Shown: positions 9,266 through 19,039, counted from the first letter of the stretch. The stretch: 64,000 nt of DNA from Rhizobium sp. Q54 (GCA_945904955.1 CAMDPO010000006.1:6232-70231), one strand, 5' to 3'. Translations and numbers: made by a program. Notes: generated by a model from the sequence alone, not told the origin.

Positions 9266-9808
9266 CTAGGGCGAAGCGCGACCGATGCGTTGGGCAGGAC
9301 GTAGAATGCGCGCCAGGGCGTGATCCTTGAGCCAGAACTGGTGGTAAAGCGCCCCGGCGACGTGCAACGCAATCAAGCCGACAAACACCGGTTTTGACCA
9401 CGCATGGATGTCGCCCCACGGGTCCTTCAAGTAGTAGCCCAGCAGGCCGGTGACCGGGACCGCCACCAGCAGCAGGTAGAAGAAGCGATGGGCGAAATTT
9501 GAAACGAGTACGGCCCAACGCGGGGTGACATTGGACGGCTCTGGGACGCCGACCAGTATGCGCAGGCCCAACCGAACAGCCACGAGGGCGAGGATTCCAA
9601 TTCCGATCCAGTGGTGGAGCGAACCCAACTGCGCGTCGAGCGCCGAAACGGACCTGCCCCGTTCTCCGGCTTCAACGACCGCCTTCATGCTCTCGCCGAA
9701 CAGCAGCTGAAAGGTGACGAGCGCCGCAATGACCCAATGAAGCGCCAGCTGCGTTGCGGAATAGCCTCGCGAAGCACTTGGGCCGCGCATTGGGATTCGT
9801 GACGCCAT
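9266..9808 (-). CDS. Cytochrome b561 family protein
   Basis: Four TM helices with conserved His (LALHWVIA, LHHWIGIG, FAHRFFY, ALHVAGALYHQF). ATG (MASRIPM) at 9808. Confidence 0.85.
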   Translation of the reverse strand: MASRIPMRGPSASRGYSATQLALHWVIAALVTFQLLFGESMKAVVEAGERGRSVSALDAQLGSLHHWIGIGILALVAVRLGLRILVGVPEPSNVTPRWAVLVSNFAHRFFYLLLVAVPVTGLLGYYLKDPWGDIHAWSKPVFVGLIALHVAGALYHQFWLKDHALARILRPAQRIGRASP

Positions 9809-10032
9809 CGTTGCTTCTCTCCATCGCTGGCGCAGCAGCGCCCGCCGATGGCCACCGTGTGCGGCGGAGCGGATCGAGGCAATCCGCATCAGTGCCTATG
9901 GGCCGGCGCGCGCCGAATAGGCCGTCGGAGGTCACCCGCGACGCGACGCGGAGACGCGATTCACGCTCTCCCTAGGCGCGCGTCTGGCGCAGACTCCGCG
10001 GTGCAGCAACGCCTATCGGAGGATAGCATCCT

Positions 10033-10585
10033 ATGGCTGGCGACAAGACGTCGACTGAGGCGGGCGGGATCAGCGGCACCGCAGACGAGAACAAGTTCTT
10101 CCGCTTTCACCGACCGCATCTCCACCTTTCCAGCGTGTTCGGCGACAACTGGTTTGCGTTGAAGGCAGAGGCCTTTGCTCGGTTCTTCGGCACACCGACG
10201 TTTCTCTTGGTCCAGTCCGTCGTCGTTGCCATGTGGATTCTCGCGAACGCCGTTGGGCTCGTGGCATTCGACGTATACCCGTTCATCCTCCTCAACCTTG
10301 CATTCAGCTTGCAGGCGGCCTACGCGGCGCCCCTGGTCCTACTTGCGCAGACGCGGCAGGCCGACCGGGACAAAGCGCATGCCATGGCCGATGCGCAACA
10401 TCGCGAGGATCTCCATCGCGCAAGCGAGGAGCGGGCAGATTGCTGCGCAACGGCAGACCGCACTGCTCTTGGAGATGCTCCAGGAAAACACTCGGCTCAC
10501 GGTAGCGATCAGGTCGCTCACCGAGCGCGTCGCGACTCTGACAAACGAGGTACACCACAGCGTCGTCAAGCCCGCGGGCCCCTGA
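10033..10585 (+). pseudogene. DUF1003 membrane protein, apparently frame-shifted near 10431-10437
   Basis: The N-part (frame of 10033) reads FGTPTFLLVQSVVVAMWILAN...YPFILLNLAFSLQAAYAAPLVLLAQTRQADRDKAHA. The natural-looking coiled-coil tail QIAAQRQTALLLEMLQENTRLTVAIRSLTERVATLTNEVHH with a stop at 10585 is in the +1 frame (ORF 10175..10585). Confidence 0.6.
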
Positions 10586-10633
10586 GGACAAGCGAGGTCG
10601 CTGATAGCGCCTCGCGCTTGGACTTGCGGGACG

Positions 10634-11023
10634 CTAGAGCTGCGGCTGCATCCGGTCGGCGGCTGCGAAGTACTTCCGCGCGTGCGCGACCGCCTGCGCA
10701 TCGGTCGGATGATCGGCGGTCTCGACACCAACGATATTGGCCTCCACCGACGGAGCATGGCGATGCAGGTAGCGCAGCAACTCAAGCTTCGCGTTGCCCG
10801 GACCTAGCACGAGAATCTCTTTTGCATCCGCCAAGTTGCTGGCTACGTCCTTCAGGTACGCCGCATCCGGCGCGGCCTTGCCGCTGCCGACGCCCCCCGC
10901 CTTGTGGTGCACTTGCTGAGGATGCGGGTTCCGCACGCGCTTGCGTTCCACCGCGTCGCTGGTGAATTCAAGAACGTGAGCCTCCGCGTGATCGATCCAG
11001 ACGACGGCGTGATAGTGCGACAT
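10634..11023 (-). CDS. Conserved hypothetical protein (family often annotated as translational machinery / host-attachment-like protein)
   Basis: Start MSHYHAVVWIDHAEAHVLEF at 11023, 129 aa, balanced composition, convergent with the DUF1003 gene. Confidence 0.7.
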   Translation of the reverse strand: MSHYHAVVWIDHAEAHVLEFTSDAVERKRVRNPHPQQVHHKAGGVGSGKAAPDAAYLKDVASNLADAKEILVLGPGNAKLELLRYLHRHAPSVEANIVGVETADHPTDAQAVAHARKYFAAADRMQPQL

Positions 11024-11217
11024 TGGTCGGTCCCTTCGGTGGCTCGACACATCCCCGGGGTGCCGGCGGCGGCGAACAGACAGCATTGTGTCCGGACGGC
11101 GAAACGCGACCAATCCGCACCACTACGTACGGTCGGGCCGCAGCGCTGCGAGGGGGCGGATGGGTCGGTGGCGCCTACCGCGCAGCCGCGTCACCGATCG
11201 TCACGCTTCGGAGGAAA

Positions 11218-11293
11218 TGGTGGGCGCGCCTGGGATCGAACCAGGGACCCCTACGATGTCAACGTAGTGCTCATACCGCTGAGCTACGCGCCC
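11218..11293 (-). tRNA. tRNA-Val (anticodon GAC), CCA encoded
   Basis: The reverse complement reads GGGCGCGTAGCTCAGCGGTATGAGCACTACGTTGACATCGTAGGGGTCCCTGGTTCGATCCCAGGCGCGCCCACCA. It folds as a 7-bp acceptor, D arm GCTC/GAGC, anticodon stem CTACG/CGTAG with loop TTGACAT, and T arm CCTGG-TTCGATC-CCAGG. Length is 76 nt. Confidence 0.95.
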
Positions 11294-11487
11294 ATGCCCC
11301 GCAGCGCGGTGGCGCCGGCGCATTGGCCGGCTGGAAGGGCGCGAGTTGACCCCGGAACCTTGCCGTTTGCAAGGAGAAGTTGGCCGCACCTGCTCTCGCG
11401 CGCAGACACGGAGTCGCTTGTGGCGGGCCGATCTCCGGGCGACTACCACTTGCGCATGGACATGCTTCGCTACTAAGAAGGACGGAT

Positions 11488-12390
11488 ATGGCGACGTCCT
11501 CGCCCGCGACCCTCACCTCCAGTACGCCGGCTGTCACGCTGGCGCCCTTCGACATCATGGCGCCCGCGGTGCAGACGACGCCGTTGGTGTTCGTCTCCGC
11601 GCATTCCGGTTCCGCATACGACCCGGCGTTCGTCGCGGCCTCGCGTCTCGACATGCTGACGCTGCGGCGCTCGGAGGACAGCTTTGTCGACGAGCTCTTC
11701 GCGGACGCACCGGCCTATGGCGCGCCGCTGCTGCGCGCGCACTTCCCGCGCGTGTTCCTCGATCCCAACCGCGAGCCGTGGGAGCTCGACCCCGCGATGT
11801 TCGAGGACGAGTTGCCCTCGTTCGTGAACACCTCGTCGCTGCGCGTCGCCGGTGGCCTGGGCACGATCGCCCGGGTGGTGACCAACGGCGCCGAGGTCTA
11901 TCGCACCAAGCTGCGCTTTGCGGAGGCCGAACGGCGCGTGCGCACGCTGTACGTTCCGTTCCACGAGGCGATCCAGGACATGCTGGCGGCGACCATGAAC
12001 CGCTTCGGCGCGGCGCTCCTGATCGACTGCCATTCGATGCCGTCGGTCGGTGGGCCGATGGACCGCGATCCAGGACATGAGCGCGCCGACATCGTGCTCG
12101 GCGACCGCTATGGCACCAGTTGTGCCAAGTCCGTCATCGACGCGGCGGAGCATGTGTTGACGCGCGCCGGCTACCGCGTCGCGCGCAACGACCCCTATGC
12201 CGGGGGCTTTACGACTCGCAACTACGGCCGCCCCGAGGCGGGCGTCCATGCGCTGCAGATCGAGATCAAGCGGTCGTTGTACATGGACGAGATGCGCATC
12301 CAGCGCAGCCCCGGGCTGGCACGCGTGCGCGACAACCTTTCCGTGCTGATCGAGACGCTCGCCGGCCTCGACCACGCTGCACTCGTCTAG
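11488..12390 (+). CDS. N-formylglutamate amidohydrolase family protein
   Basis: Start MATSSPATL at 11488 after SD aagaaggacgg. FGase-like motifs VFVSAHSGS, FLDPNREPWELD, LLIDCHSMPS and HALQIEIKRSLYMDE. Confidence 0.85.
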   Translation: MATSSPATLTSSTPAVTLAPFDIMAPAVQTTPLVFVSAHSGSAYDPAFVAASRLDMLTLRRSEDSFVDELFADAPAYGAPLLRAHFPRVFLDPNREPWELDPAMFEDELPSFVNTSSLRVAGGLGTIARVVTNGAEVYRTKLRFAEAERRVRTLYVPFHEAIQDMLAATMNRFGAALLIDCHSMPSVGGPMDRDPGHERADIVLGDRYGTSCAKSVIDAAEHVLTRAGYRVARNDPYAGGFTTRNYGRPEAGVHALQIEIKRSLYMDEMRIQRSPGLARVRDNLSVLIETLAGLDHAALV

Positions 12391-13565
12391 CGCGCGGCGC
12401 GCTGGCGCTCGACGTCGGCGGCGAACTTCTTGAGGTTGACCGGCACGCGCTTCGGTCCCCACGTCCCCGGGGCGCCGTCGAATACGCCCGCCAGAGCCTC
12501 GCCGCACGCGGTGCACTTGCCGTCGGCGGTCAGATTCCAGACGCCGAGCTTGTACCAGTCGCGGCCGATGAGCTTGGTGCCGCAGCCGCCGCAGTAGGTC
12601 GAACTGCCTTCCTCGTCGTGAACGTTGCCGACGAACACGTGGCGCAGCCCCGCCTTGCGGGCGACGGCGCGTGCGGTTTGCAGCGTGGCGTGCGGCGTGC
12701 GCACCACGTCGGTCATGCGGTAGTCGGGATGGAATGCCGAGAAGTGCAGCGGCACATCGGGGCCGAGATTCTCGACGAACCACTCGGACAGCTTGCCGAT
12801 CTCGACTTCGCCGTCGTTGTAGCCGGGGATCAGCAGGGTGGTGACCTCGAGCCAGGTCTTGGTCTCGTGGTGGATGTACTTGAGTGTGTCGAGGACCGCG
12901 TCGAGCTGGCCGGCACACACGCGCTTGTAGAAGTCTTCGGTGAAGGCCTTCAGGTCGACGTTGGCGGCGTCCATCTTCTTGTAGAACTCGATGCGCGGCT
13001 CCGGCGAGATGTAGCCCGCCGTCACCGCCACCGTCTTGATGCCGGCGGCATGACACGCGTCGGCGACATCGACCGCGTACTCGAGAAAGATGGTCGGGTC
13101 GTTGTACGTGAACGCGACCGAGCGGCAGCCGCCGGCGCGCGCCGCCAGCGCGATCAGCTGCGGGGTCGCCGCGTCGGCGAGCTTGTCCATGTCGCGCGAC
13201 TTGGACATGTCCCAGTTCTGGCAAAACTTGCACGACAGGTTGCATCCGGCGGTGCCGAAGCTGAGCACGGATGTGCCCGGCAGGAAGTGGCTGAGCGGCT
13301 TCTTCTCGATCGGATCGATGCAGAAGCCCGACGAGCGGCCATAGGTGGTGAGCACCAGATTGCCGGCGTCGTCGGCGGCGCGCACGAAGCACAGACCACG
13401 CTGGCCGGGGTGCAGCTTGCATTGGCGCGGACAGACGTCGCATTGGATGCGGCCATCGTCGAGGCGGTGCCAATACCGCGCCGGCACGCCTTGGATGACG
13501 TCGGGCGTCTCAGCGGCCTTGGGAGGAACGGTCTCGGTCACGATCGGCTGCGATGCCTGGCCCAA
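12387..13565 (-). CDS. amrS: AmmeMemoRadiSam system radical SAM enzyme
   Basis: Radical-SAM cluster GCNLSCKFCQNW, an N-terminal CDVCPRQC and a C-terminal YCGGCG...CTACG zinc-ribbon-like cysteines. Divergent from the Memo/AMMECR1 gene. Confidence 0.9.
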   Translation of the reverse strand: MGQASQPIVTETVPPKAAETPDVIQGVPARYWHRLDDGRIQCDVCPRQCKLHPGQRGLCFVRAADDAGNLVLTTYGRSSGFCIDPIEKKPLSHFLPGTSVLSFGTAGCNLSCKFCQNWDMSKSRDMDKLADAATPQLIALAARAGGCRSVAFTYNDPTIFLEYAVDVADACHAAGIKTVAVTAGYISPEPRIEFYKKMDAANVDLKAFTEDFYKRVCAGQLDAVLDTLKYIHHETKTWLEVTTLLIPGYNDGEVEIGKLSEWFVENLGPDVPLHFSAFHPDYRMTDVVRTPHATLQTARAVARKAGLRHVFVGNVHDEEGSSTYCGGCGTKLIGRDWYKLGVWNLTADGKCTACGEALAGVFDGAPGTWGPKRVPVNLKKFAADVERQRAAR

Positions 13566-13650
13566 TTGTTGCTACGCCGGAAATGCATCCGGTATCCTGG
13601 CTTTCCAAGGCCCTCGCGGCACGCGCGCCCGGCCCACCCAGTAGGCCCCC

Positions 13651-15066
13651 ATGACCGCAACGACAGCGCAACGAGTTCGCAAGAGCGTCGTGGCCGGGGC
13701 GTTTTACCCGGCCGCAGCCGGAGAACTCGCCGCTGCCGTGGGCAAGTATATGGCGGCGGCGGAGGCCGGCGCCCAGGCCGCGCGCGCCAAGGGCGCGCAA
13801 GTTCCGAAGGCAATTATCGCCCCCCACGCCGGCTTCGTCTATTCGGGGCCGATTGCCGGCAGCGCCTACGCGCGCATCGCCCCCGCCGCCGATCGCATCC
13901 GCCGTGTCGTGCTGTTGGGTCCCTCGCACCGCGTTGGCTTCCGCGGGCTCGCGGTTCCGACCGTTGATGCATTCGAGACGCCGCTCGGCACCATCCCGTT
14001 GGACCGCACCGCCATCGACAGCATTGCGCGGCTGCGGGGGGTGCAGGCGCGCGACGATGCCCACGCGATGGAGCACAGCCTGGAAGTGCAGCTGCCCTTC
14101 CTGCAGCGCATCTTCCCGCAATTCACGCTGGTTCCGATCGTCGTCGGCGACACCAGTCCGGCCGAGGTCGCGGCGGTGATCGAAGCGCTGTGGGGCGGAC
14201 CGGAGACGGTGATCATCGTCAGCTCCGACCTCAGCCACTATGAGAGCTACGAGACCGCCCAACGCATGGACGGCGAGACTGTGCGCGCCATCGAGACGCT
14301 GGCGGTAGATGGCGTCGGCGAGCACGGCGCCTGCGGACGCCGGCCGATTCGCGGGCTTCTTGCGCTCGCCCGCCGCCGCGGCATGCAGGCGCAGTGCATC
14401 GACCTGCGCAACTCCGGCGACACTGCCGGTCCGCGCGACCGCGTCGTCGGCTACGCGTCGTTCGTGTTCGAGGAGAGCGCTACAGGCGAGGCGCCACTCG
14501 ACGCCGGAACGCGCGAGACTCTCGTCAAGCTAGCGCGCCAAGTGGTGCGCCAAGGCGCCGAGGGCACGCTCAAGGGCGAGCCCACGGTGACGCTGCAACA
14601 GTCGAACCCCGCGCTGACCGCGATCCGCGCCAGCTTCGTTACGCTGAACGCGGCGGGACGGCTGCGCGGCTGCATCGGCTCACTGCAGGCGCATGCGCCG
14701 CTCGTGCAGGACGTCGCGCGCAATGCCTACAAGAGCGCGTTCCATGATCCGCGCTTCGCCAAGGTCACGGCGGCAGAGGTCGACGGCCTCGAAACGAAGA
14801 TCTCGGTGCTGTCGACGCCGGCCGAGGTCCAATTCGAGTCCGAGCAGCACCTGGCGGGCATGCTGCGTCCCGGCTTGGACGGCCTCATCCTGGCCGACGG
14901 CGCGCGCCGCAGCACGTTCCTCCCGCAGGTGTGGGAGCAAATCCCGGACCCGGCCGAGTTCCTGGGCAAGCTCAAGCTCAAGGCGGGCCTCACGGCGGAC
15001 CATTGGTCGCCGACCATGAAGGCCTGGCGCTATGGCACCGAGACGTTCGGGGACGGCGGCGCCTAG
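13651..15066 (+). CDS. Fused AmmeMemoRadiSam protein B (Memo) and protein A (AMMECR1)
   Basis: The N-terminal ~270 aa are Memo-like (VAGAFYP, IIAPHAGFVYSG, LLGPSH, MEHSLEVQLPFLQ, SSDLSHY). The C-terminal ~190 aa are AMMECR1-like (ASFVTL..GRLRGCIGSL, HDPRF, STFLPQVWE). Confidence 0.9.
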   Translation: MTATTAQRVRKSVVAGAFYPAAAGELAAAVGKYMAAAEAGAQAARAKGAQVPKAIIAPHAGFVYSGPIAGSAYARIAPAADRIRRVVLLGPSHRVGFRGLAVPTVDAFETPLGTIPLDRTAIDSIARLRGVQARDDAHAMEHSLEVQLPFLQRIFPQFTLVPIVVGDTSPAEVAAVIEALWGGPETVIIVSSDLSHYESYETAQRMDGETVRAIETLAVDGVGEHGACGRRPIRGLLALARRRGMQAQCIDLRNSGDTAGPRDRVVGYASFVFEESATGEAPLDAGTRETLVKLARQVVRQGAEGTLKGEPTVTLQQSNPALTAIRASFVTLNAAGRLRGCIGSLQAHAPLVQDVARNAYKSAFHDPRFAKVTAAEVDGLETKISVLSTPAEVQFESEQHLAGMLRPGLDGLILADGARRSTFLPQVWEQIPDPAEFLGKLKLKAGLTADHWSPTMKAWRYGTETFGDGGA

Positions 15067-15299
15067 ACCGCAGTTTTCCTGGGGAGAGCAAGGTCCCCCG
15101 GCCGAGTCAACCATGCATTCCAAGGCCCTCTGACACATTGTTTCAGAGGCGACTCAACGCCCTGGCAGAGACCCTTGATTCAACTCGGAAATCGGGTTGA
15201 CAAGGTAGGCCTCCCGCTTCATCGTGACGGACAAACAATGGCTGAACTCTGCGGGATTCCGCGGTTCGGTCAGCCCTGGAACAGCGACGCGGGGGCGTC

Positions 15300-18200
15300 A
15301 TGGCGAGAGATGCGGATGGCACGCAGAACGCATACCCATCGAACCCTTTCGCACGCCGCCGTGTGCACCGGCCTGAGCTTCGACTAACAGCCGCCCTGCT
15401 CATCGGTGCCACCGCACTGGGTGGCACGCTTCTCGCTGTGCCGACGTTTGTGTACGCGGCGACGGCGGTCGCACCGGCGAACGCAACGACCGTCGCCCTC
15501 AAGCAGGGCGGCACGTTGGAGAGCGCGCTCGTCGCAGCGGGCGCGACGCGCGCGGAAGCATCCGAGGCTGCACGCGCGCTCGCCAAGCAGACCGACGTGC
15601 GCAAGCTGCAGCCGGGGCAGTTGCTAGAGGTTCGCTTCAGCGAATCCGGCACCAAGAAAAAGCTGTGGACGGTGCGCTTGCCGCTCACGCCGACCACCGG
15701 TTTCGTTGCGACCGCGTCGTCGAGCAGTTTTGCGGTGCGCGCGTACGATCCGGCGCGGCCGATCGACCTCCTGCCGGCTGGCACGCTGCCGCGCGTCGAA
15801 GGCGGCGCGGTAGCGCGATCGGCGGTGGTCAAGCAAGGTGAGACCCTCATGGACATCGCCACCGCTTTGGGCGCCAAGCGCGCCGAGGCGGATCGCGCCA
15901 TCGTCGGATTGGACAAGGTCTTCAACGTCCGCCGCCTGCAGATCGGCCAGACCGTGACTCTCACGTTCGGCGACAGCATGGGGCTGATCGGTTTCGCCAT
16001 CGCGCTGGAGGGCGGCGTCGAAGTCGCTGCGTACCTCTCCGAGGGTGGTGAGTTCGAGCCACTCAAGACGACGGCCGAGGAACGCCTGCAGATGGCGGCC
16101 GAAGCGGAGGCGCAACGCGCCCAGCAACAGGCGCCGGCCATCGCCGCAGTGGCGGCGCAAGCGATGCCCGCGCCAGCGACCCAAGAAATCGCCACGGCGA
16201 CGGACACCGTACAGCGCGGCGATACCTTGCTCGAAGTGGCAATGCGTCTCGGTGCGGACGGCGGCGACGCGCTGACGGCAAGCCAGGCACTCAGCTCCCT
16301 GTTCAACTTGCGCATGCTGCGCGTCGGCCAGGTCGTGACAGCAGTGTTCGGCCGGCGCGACACTGGCGAGCTCAGCCGCCTGCTCGCGCTGTCGATCACC
16401 GTCGACCAAGAGGAAGAGGTGATCGCGATCCTCACCGACGCCGGCCGCTTCGAGCCGATCACCACCACGCCCGAAGGTCGCGAGAAGCTGATCGCCCAGG
16501 CGCAGGTGGCGATGTCTCCGGTCGAGACTGCGCTGGCGCAGGTCGCGGTGGCGATCGCGGCGCTGCCGCTCGATGCCGCCCCGATGATGTTGGCCGAAGA
16601 TCCGGCCGAGCGGCTGCCGATGGTCATCGGCTTCGATCATCAGGTGAAGACGCTCATCGTTTCGCGTGGCGATACGCTGCTCGATGCCGCCATCGGGCTT
16701 GGCGCCAAACACGCCGAGGCGACCGAGGCGACGCGCGCGCTGACGGAGATCTTTGACCCGCGCAGCCTCAAGATCGGCCAGGTGATCGAGGCGACGTTCG
16801 GCCGCGTCGAGCGTGGCGCCGAGCGCCGCCTGCTGGCGCTGACCGTCGCCATCAAGACCGACCTCGAGGTCGCGGCATTCTTGTCCGAAGCGGGCGGCTA
16901 CGCGCCGCGTGAAATCTCGCGCGACGAGCATGAGCAGTTGTTGGCAGCACTGAACAACGCGCCCCTGCCGCAAGTTCCGGTTGCACAGACACCGCCGGCC
17001 GCCGCACGGGCGCCGGCCCCGCTGCCGCCGGTCCGCGCACCGCAGCCGGTTGCGCCACAGGCGAAGTTCGACTGGATCGCCACCATCGACCGTACCGTCA
17101 CGGTGCGCCCTGGTGACACGCTGATGGAAGCGGTGCTCAGCGCCGGCGCGACCCCGCAGGACGCCCACGAGGCGATCGCGGCGCTCACCAAAATCTTCAA
17201 TCCGCGCCAGCTGCAGGCCGGTCAGTCGATCCAGCTCACCTTCGGCAACGAGGAGTCGGACCGCCGTCTGCTCGCCGTCAACGTCAAGCTGGATGTCGAG
17301 CGCGAGGTAGCAGCCTTGCGGGCACGCACCGGCGACTTCGCGCCGCAGCAGATCGTGCGCGAGTTCAACGTGCGCACGCTGCGTACCAGCGGCATCATCG
17401 ACGACAGCCTGTACGTGGCCGCCGAACGGGCCGGCGTGCCGATCAACACCGTCATGGAGCTGATCCGCATCTTCTCCTGGGACGTCGACTTCCAGCGCGA
17501 CATCCGCACCGGCGACCGCTTCGAGGTGTTCTTCGAAGAGTACGTGGACGAGAACGGCAAGCGCGTGAAGGACGGCAACGTCCGCTACGCGGCGCTCACC
17601 CTGTCCGGCACCGAGGTCCGCCTGTATCGCCACGAGAGCGCCGACGGCATCATCGACTACTACAACGAGAACGGTGCCTCGGTGCGCAAGGCGTTGCTGC
17701 GTACGCCCATCGACGGCGCGCGGCTGTCGTCAACCTTCGGCATGCGCCGCCACCCGATCCTCGCCTATTCGCGCATGCACCAGGGCCTCGACTTCGCCGC
17801 CCCGGCCGGCACGCCCATCAAGGCCGCGGGCGACGGCGTCATCGAGATGGCGGGGCCGAACTCGGGCTACGGCAACTACGTGCTCGTACGCCACAACTCC
17901 GAGTACAAGACGGCCTACGCGCACATGTCGAGCTTCGCCAAGGGCATCAGCGCGGGGGTGCGCGTGCGCCAGGGCCAGACCATCGGCTACGTCGGCTCGA
18001 CCGGCCTCGCCACCGGCCCGCACTTGCACTACGAGATCCTGCAGCGCGGCAAGCAGCTGAACCCGAATTCCGTGAAGATGCCGGTCGGCAAGACGCTCGA
18101 AGGCCGCGACCTCGCCCAGTTCAAGACGACCCGCGCGGCGACGGACACGGCCCGCCTGGCCGCGCCCGACCTCACCACCGTCGCGGCAGCCAAGCCCTAA
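15300..18200 (+). CDS. M23 family metallopeptidase with five tandem LysM/OapA-like modules
   Basis: The C-terminal M23 domain has HQGLDFAAPAGTPI, GYGNYVLVRH and STGLATGPHLHYE. There is an N-terminal TM anchor and five repeats of the G[DET]TL...L..GQ type. Confidence 0.9.
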   Translation: MARDADGTQNAYPSNPFARRRVHRPELRLTAALLIGATALGGTLLAVPTFVYAATAVAPANATTVALKQGGTLESALVAAGATRAEASEAARALAKQTDVRKLQPGQLLEVRFSESGTKKKLWTVRLPLTPTTGFVATASSSSFAVRAYDPARPIDLLPAGTLPRVEGGAVARSAVVKQGETLMDIATALGAKRAEADRAIVGLDKVFNVRRLQIGQTVTLTFGDSMGLIGFAIALEGGVEVAAYLSEGGEFEPLKTTAEERLQMAAEAEAQRAQQQAPAIAAVAAQAMPAPATQEIATATDTVQRGDTLLEVAMRLGADGGDALTASQALSSLFNLRMLRVGQVVTAVFGRRDTGELSRLLALSITVDQEEEVIAILTDAGRFEPITTTPEGREKLIAQAQVAMSPVETALAQVAVAIAALPLDAAPMMLAEDPAERLPMVIGFDHQVKTLIVSRGDTLLDAAIGLGAKHAEATEATRALTEIFDPRSLKIGQVIEATFGRVERGAERRLLALTVAIKTDLEVAAFLSEAGGYAPREISRDEHEQLLAALNNAPLPQVPVAQTPPAAARAPAPLPPVRAPQPVAPQAKFDWIATIDRTVTVRPGDTLMEAVLSAGATPQDAHEAIAALTKIFNPRQLQAGQSIQLTFGNEESDRRLLAVNVKLDVEREVAALRARTGDFAPQQIVREFNVRTLRTSGIIDDSLYVAAERAGVPINTVMELIRIFSWDVDFQRDIRTGDRFEVFFEEYVDENGKRVKDGNVRYAALTLSGTEVRLYRHESADGIIDYYNENGASVRKALLRTPIDGARLSSTFGMRRHPILAYSRMHQGLDFAAPAGTPIKAAGDGVIEMAGPNSGYGNYVLVRHNSEYKTAYAHMSSFAKGISAGVRVRQGQTIGYVGSTGLATGPHLHYEILQRGKQLNPNSVKMPVGKTLEGRDLAQFKTTRAATDTARLAAPDLTTVAAAKP

Positions 18201-18222
18201 GCTTCGACAGAGCGCGGACTAG

Positions 18223-18972
18223 CTAGCGGGACGCGGCTTTGAGCCGCGCCCGGCGCTTGCGCGCCACCATGTTGAGGAACTCGACGCCCGCTGAGAACGC
18301 CATCGCCGTGTAGATGTAGCCTTTCGGCACGTGGTGGCCGAAGCCGTCGGCGATGAGCGTGACGCCGATGATGAGCAAGAAGCCGAGCGCCAGCATCACC
18401 ACGGTCGGGTTCTGCTCGACGAACCGCGACAGCGGGTCGGCGGCGACCATCATGGCGCCGACGGCAATGATCACGGCGATGACCATGATCGAAAGGTTGG
18501 TCGTCATGCCGACCGCCGTCAGGATGCTGTCGATCGAGAACACCATATCGAGCAGCAGAATCTGGATGATCGCGGAGCTGTAGCCGAGCGTGGGCTTGCG
18601 GTTGTCGAACATATCCGGCGTCGGCTCGGGGTCGACGCTGTGATGGATCTCCTTGGTGGCCTTCCACACCAGGAACAGGCCGCCAGCGATCAGGATGATG
18701 TCACGCCACGAGAAGTCGAAGCCGAAGGCGCTGAACACTGACGCTTCGAGGCCGACGATCCAGGTGAGGGTAGCCAGAAGGGCCAGGCGAAGCCCGAGCG
18801 CGAGGCCGATGCCGATGCGCCGCGCACTGGCCTGCTGGTGCGCCGGCAGCTTGTTGGTGACAATGGCGACGAACACGAGGTTGTCGACCGCCAGCACCAG
18901 CTCCATAGCGACGAGGGTGACGAGCGCGGCCCAAGCCGCCGGTTCGGTAGCGAGTGCGAGAAGGCTTTCCAT
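18223..18972 (-). CDS. TerC family integral membrane protein
   Basis: Start [14 protein letters not shown] at 18972. TerC signatures [13 protein letters not shown] and [17 protein letters not shown]. Confidence 0.9.
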   Translation of the reverse strand: MESLLALATEPAAWAALVTLVAMELVLAVDNLVFVAIVTNKLPAHQQASARRIGIGLALGLRLALLATLTWIVGLEASVFSAFGFDFSWRDIILIAGGLFLVWKATKEIHHSVDPEPTPDMFDNRKPTLGYSSAIIQILLLDMVFSIDSILTAVGMTTNLSIMVIAVIIAVGAMMVAADPLSRFVEQNPTVVMLALGFLLIIGVTLIADGFGHHVPKGYIYTAMAFSAGVEFLNMVARKRRARLKAASR

Positions 18973-19006
18973 GGAGGTCTCTCGATGCGGCGGCAGGGAC
19001 ACACGT

Positions 19007-19039
19007 CAGCCGGGCGCGCCGATCAGGCGCGCGCGGCTG
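19007..19039 (-). terminator. GC-rich hairpin downstream of clpB (possible terminator lacking a U-tract)
   Basis: 14-bp stem with one mismatch (CAGCCGGGCGCGCC / GGCGCGCGCGGCTG) and loop GATCA, 21 nt after the clpB stop. No T-run follows, so function is uncertain. Confidence 0.35.

Noticed and set aside
12387-12390. CTAG shared by the two convergent stop codons (FGase-family gene and amrS)
   Set aside because: It is real in the sequence but is a trivial palindromic stop overlap. It is noted only as context in the AmmeMemoRadiSam finding.
11473-13967. 666-aa (-) and 615-aa (+) ORFs over the FGase and radical SAM genes
   Set aside because: Each is antisense to a motif-supported gene. They are mutually exclusive with the real genes and low-complexity.
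15624-17633. 669-aa minus-strand ORF (and 15143..16627, 494 aa)
   Set aside because: Antisense to the M23/LysM-like gene, with low-complexity Arg/Ala/Ser composition and no recognisable domain.
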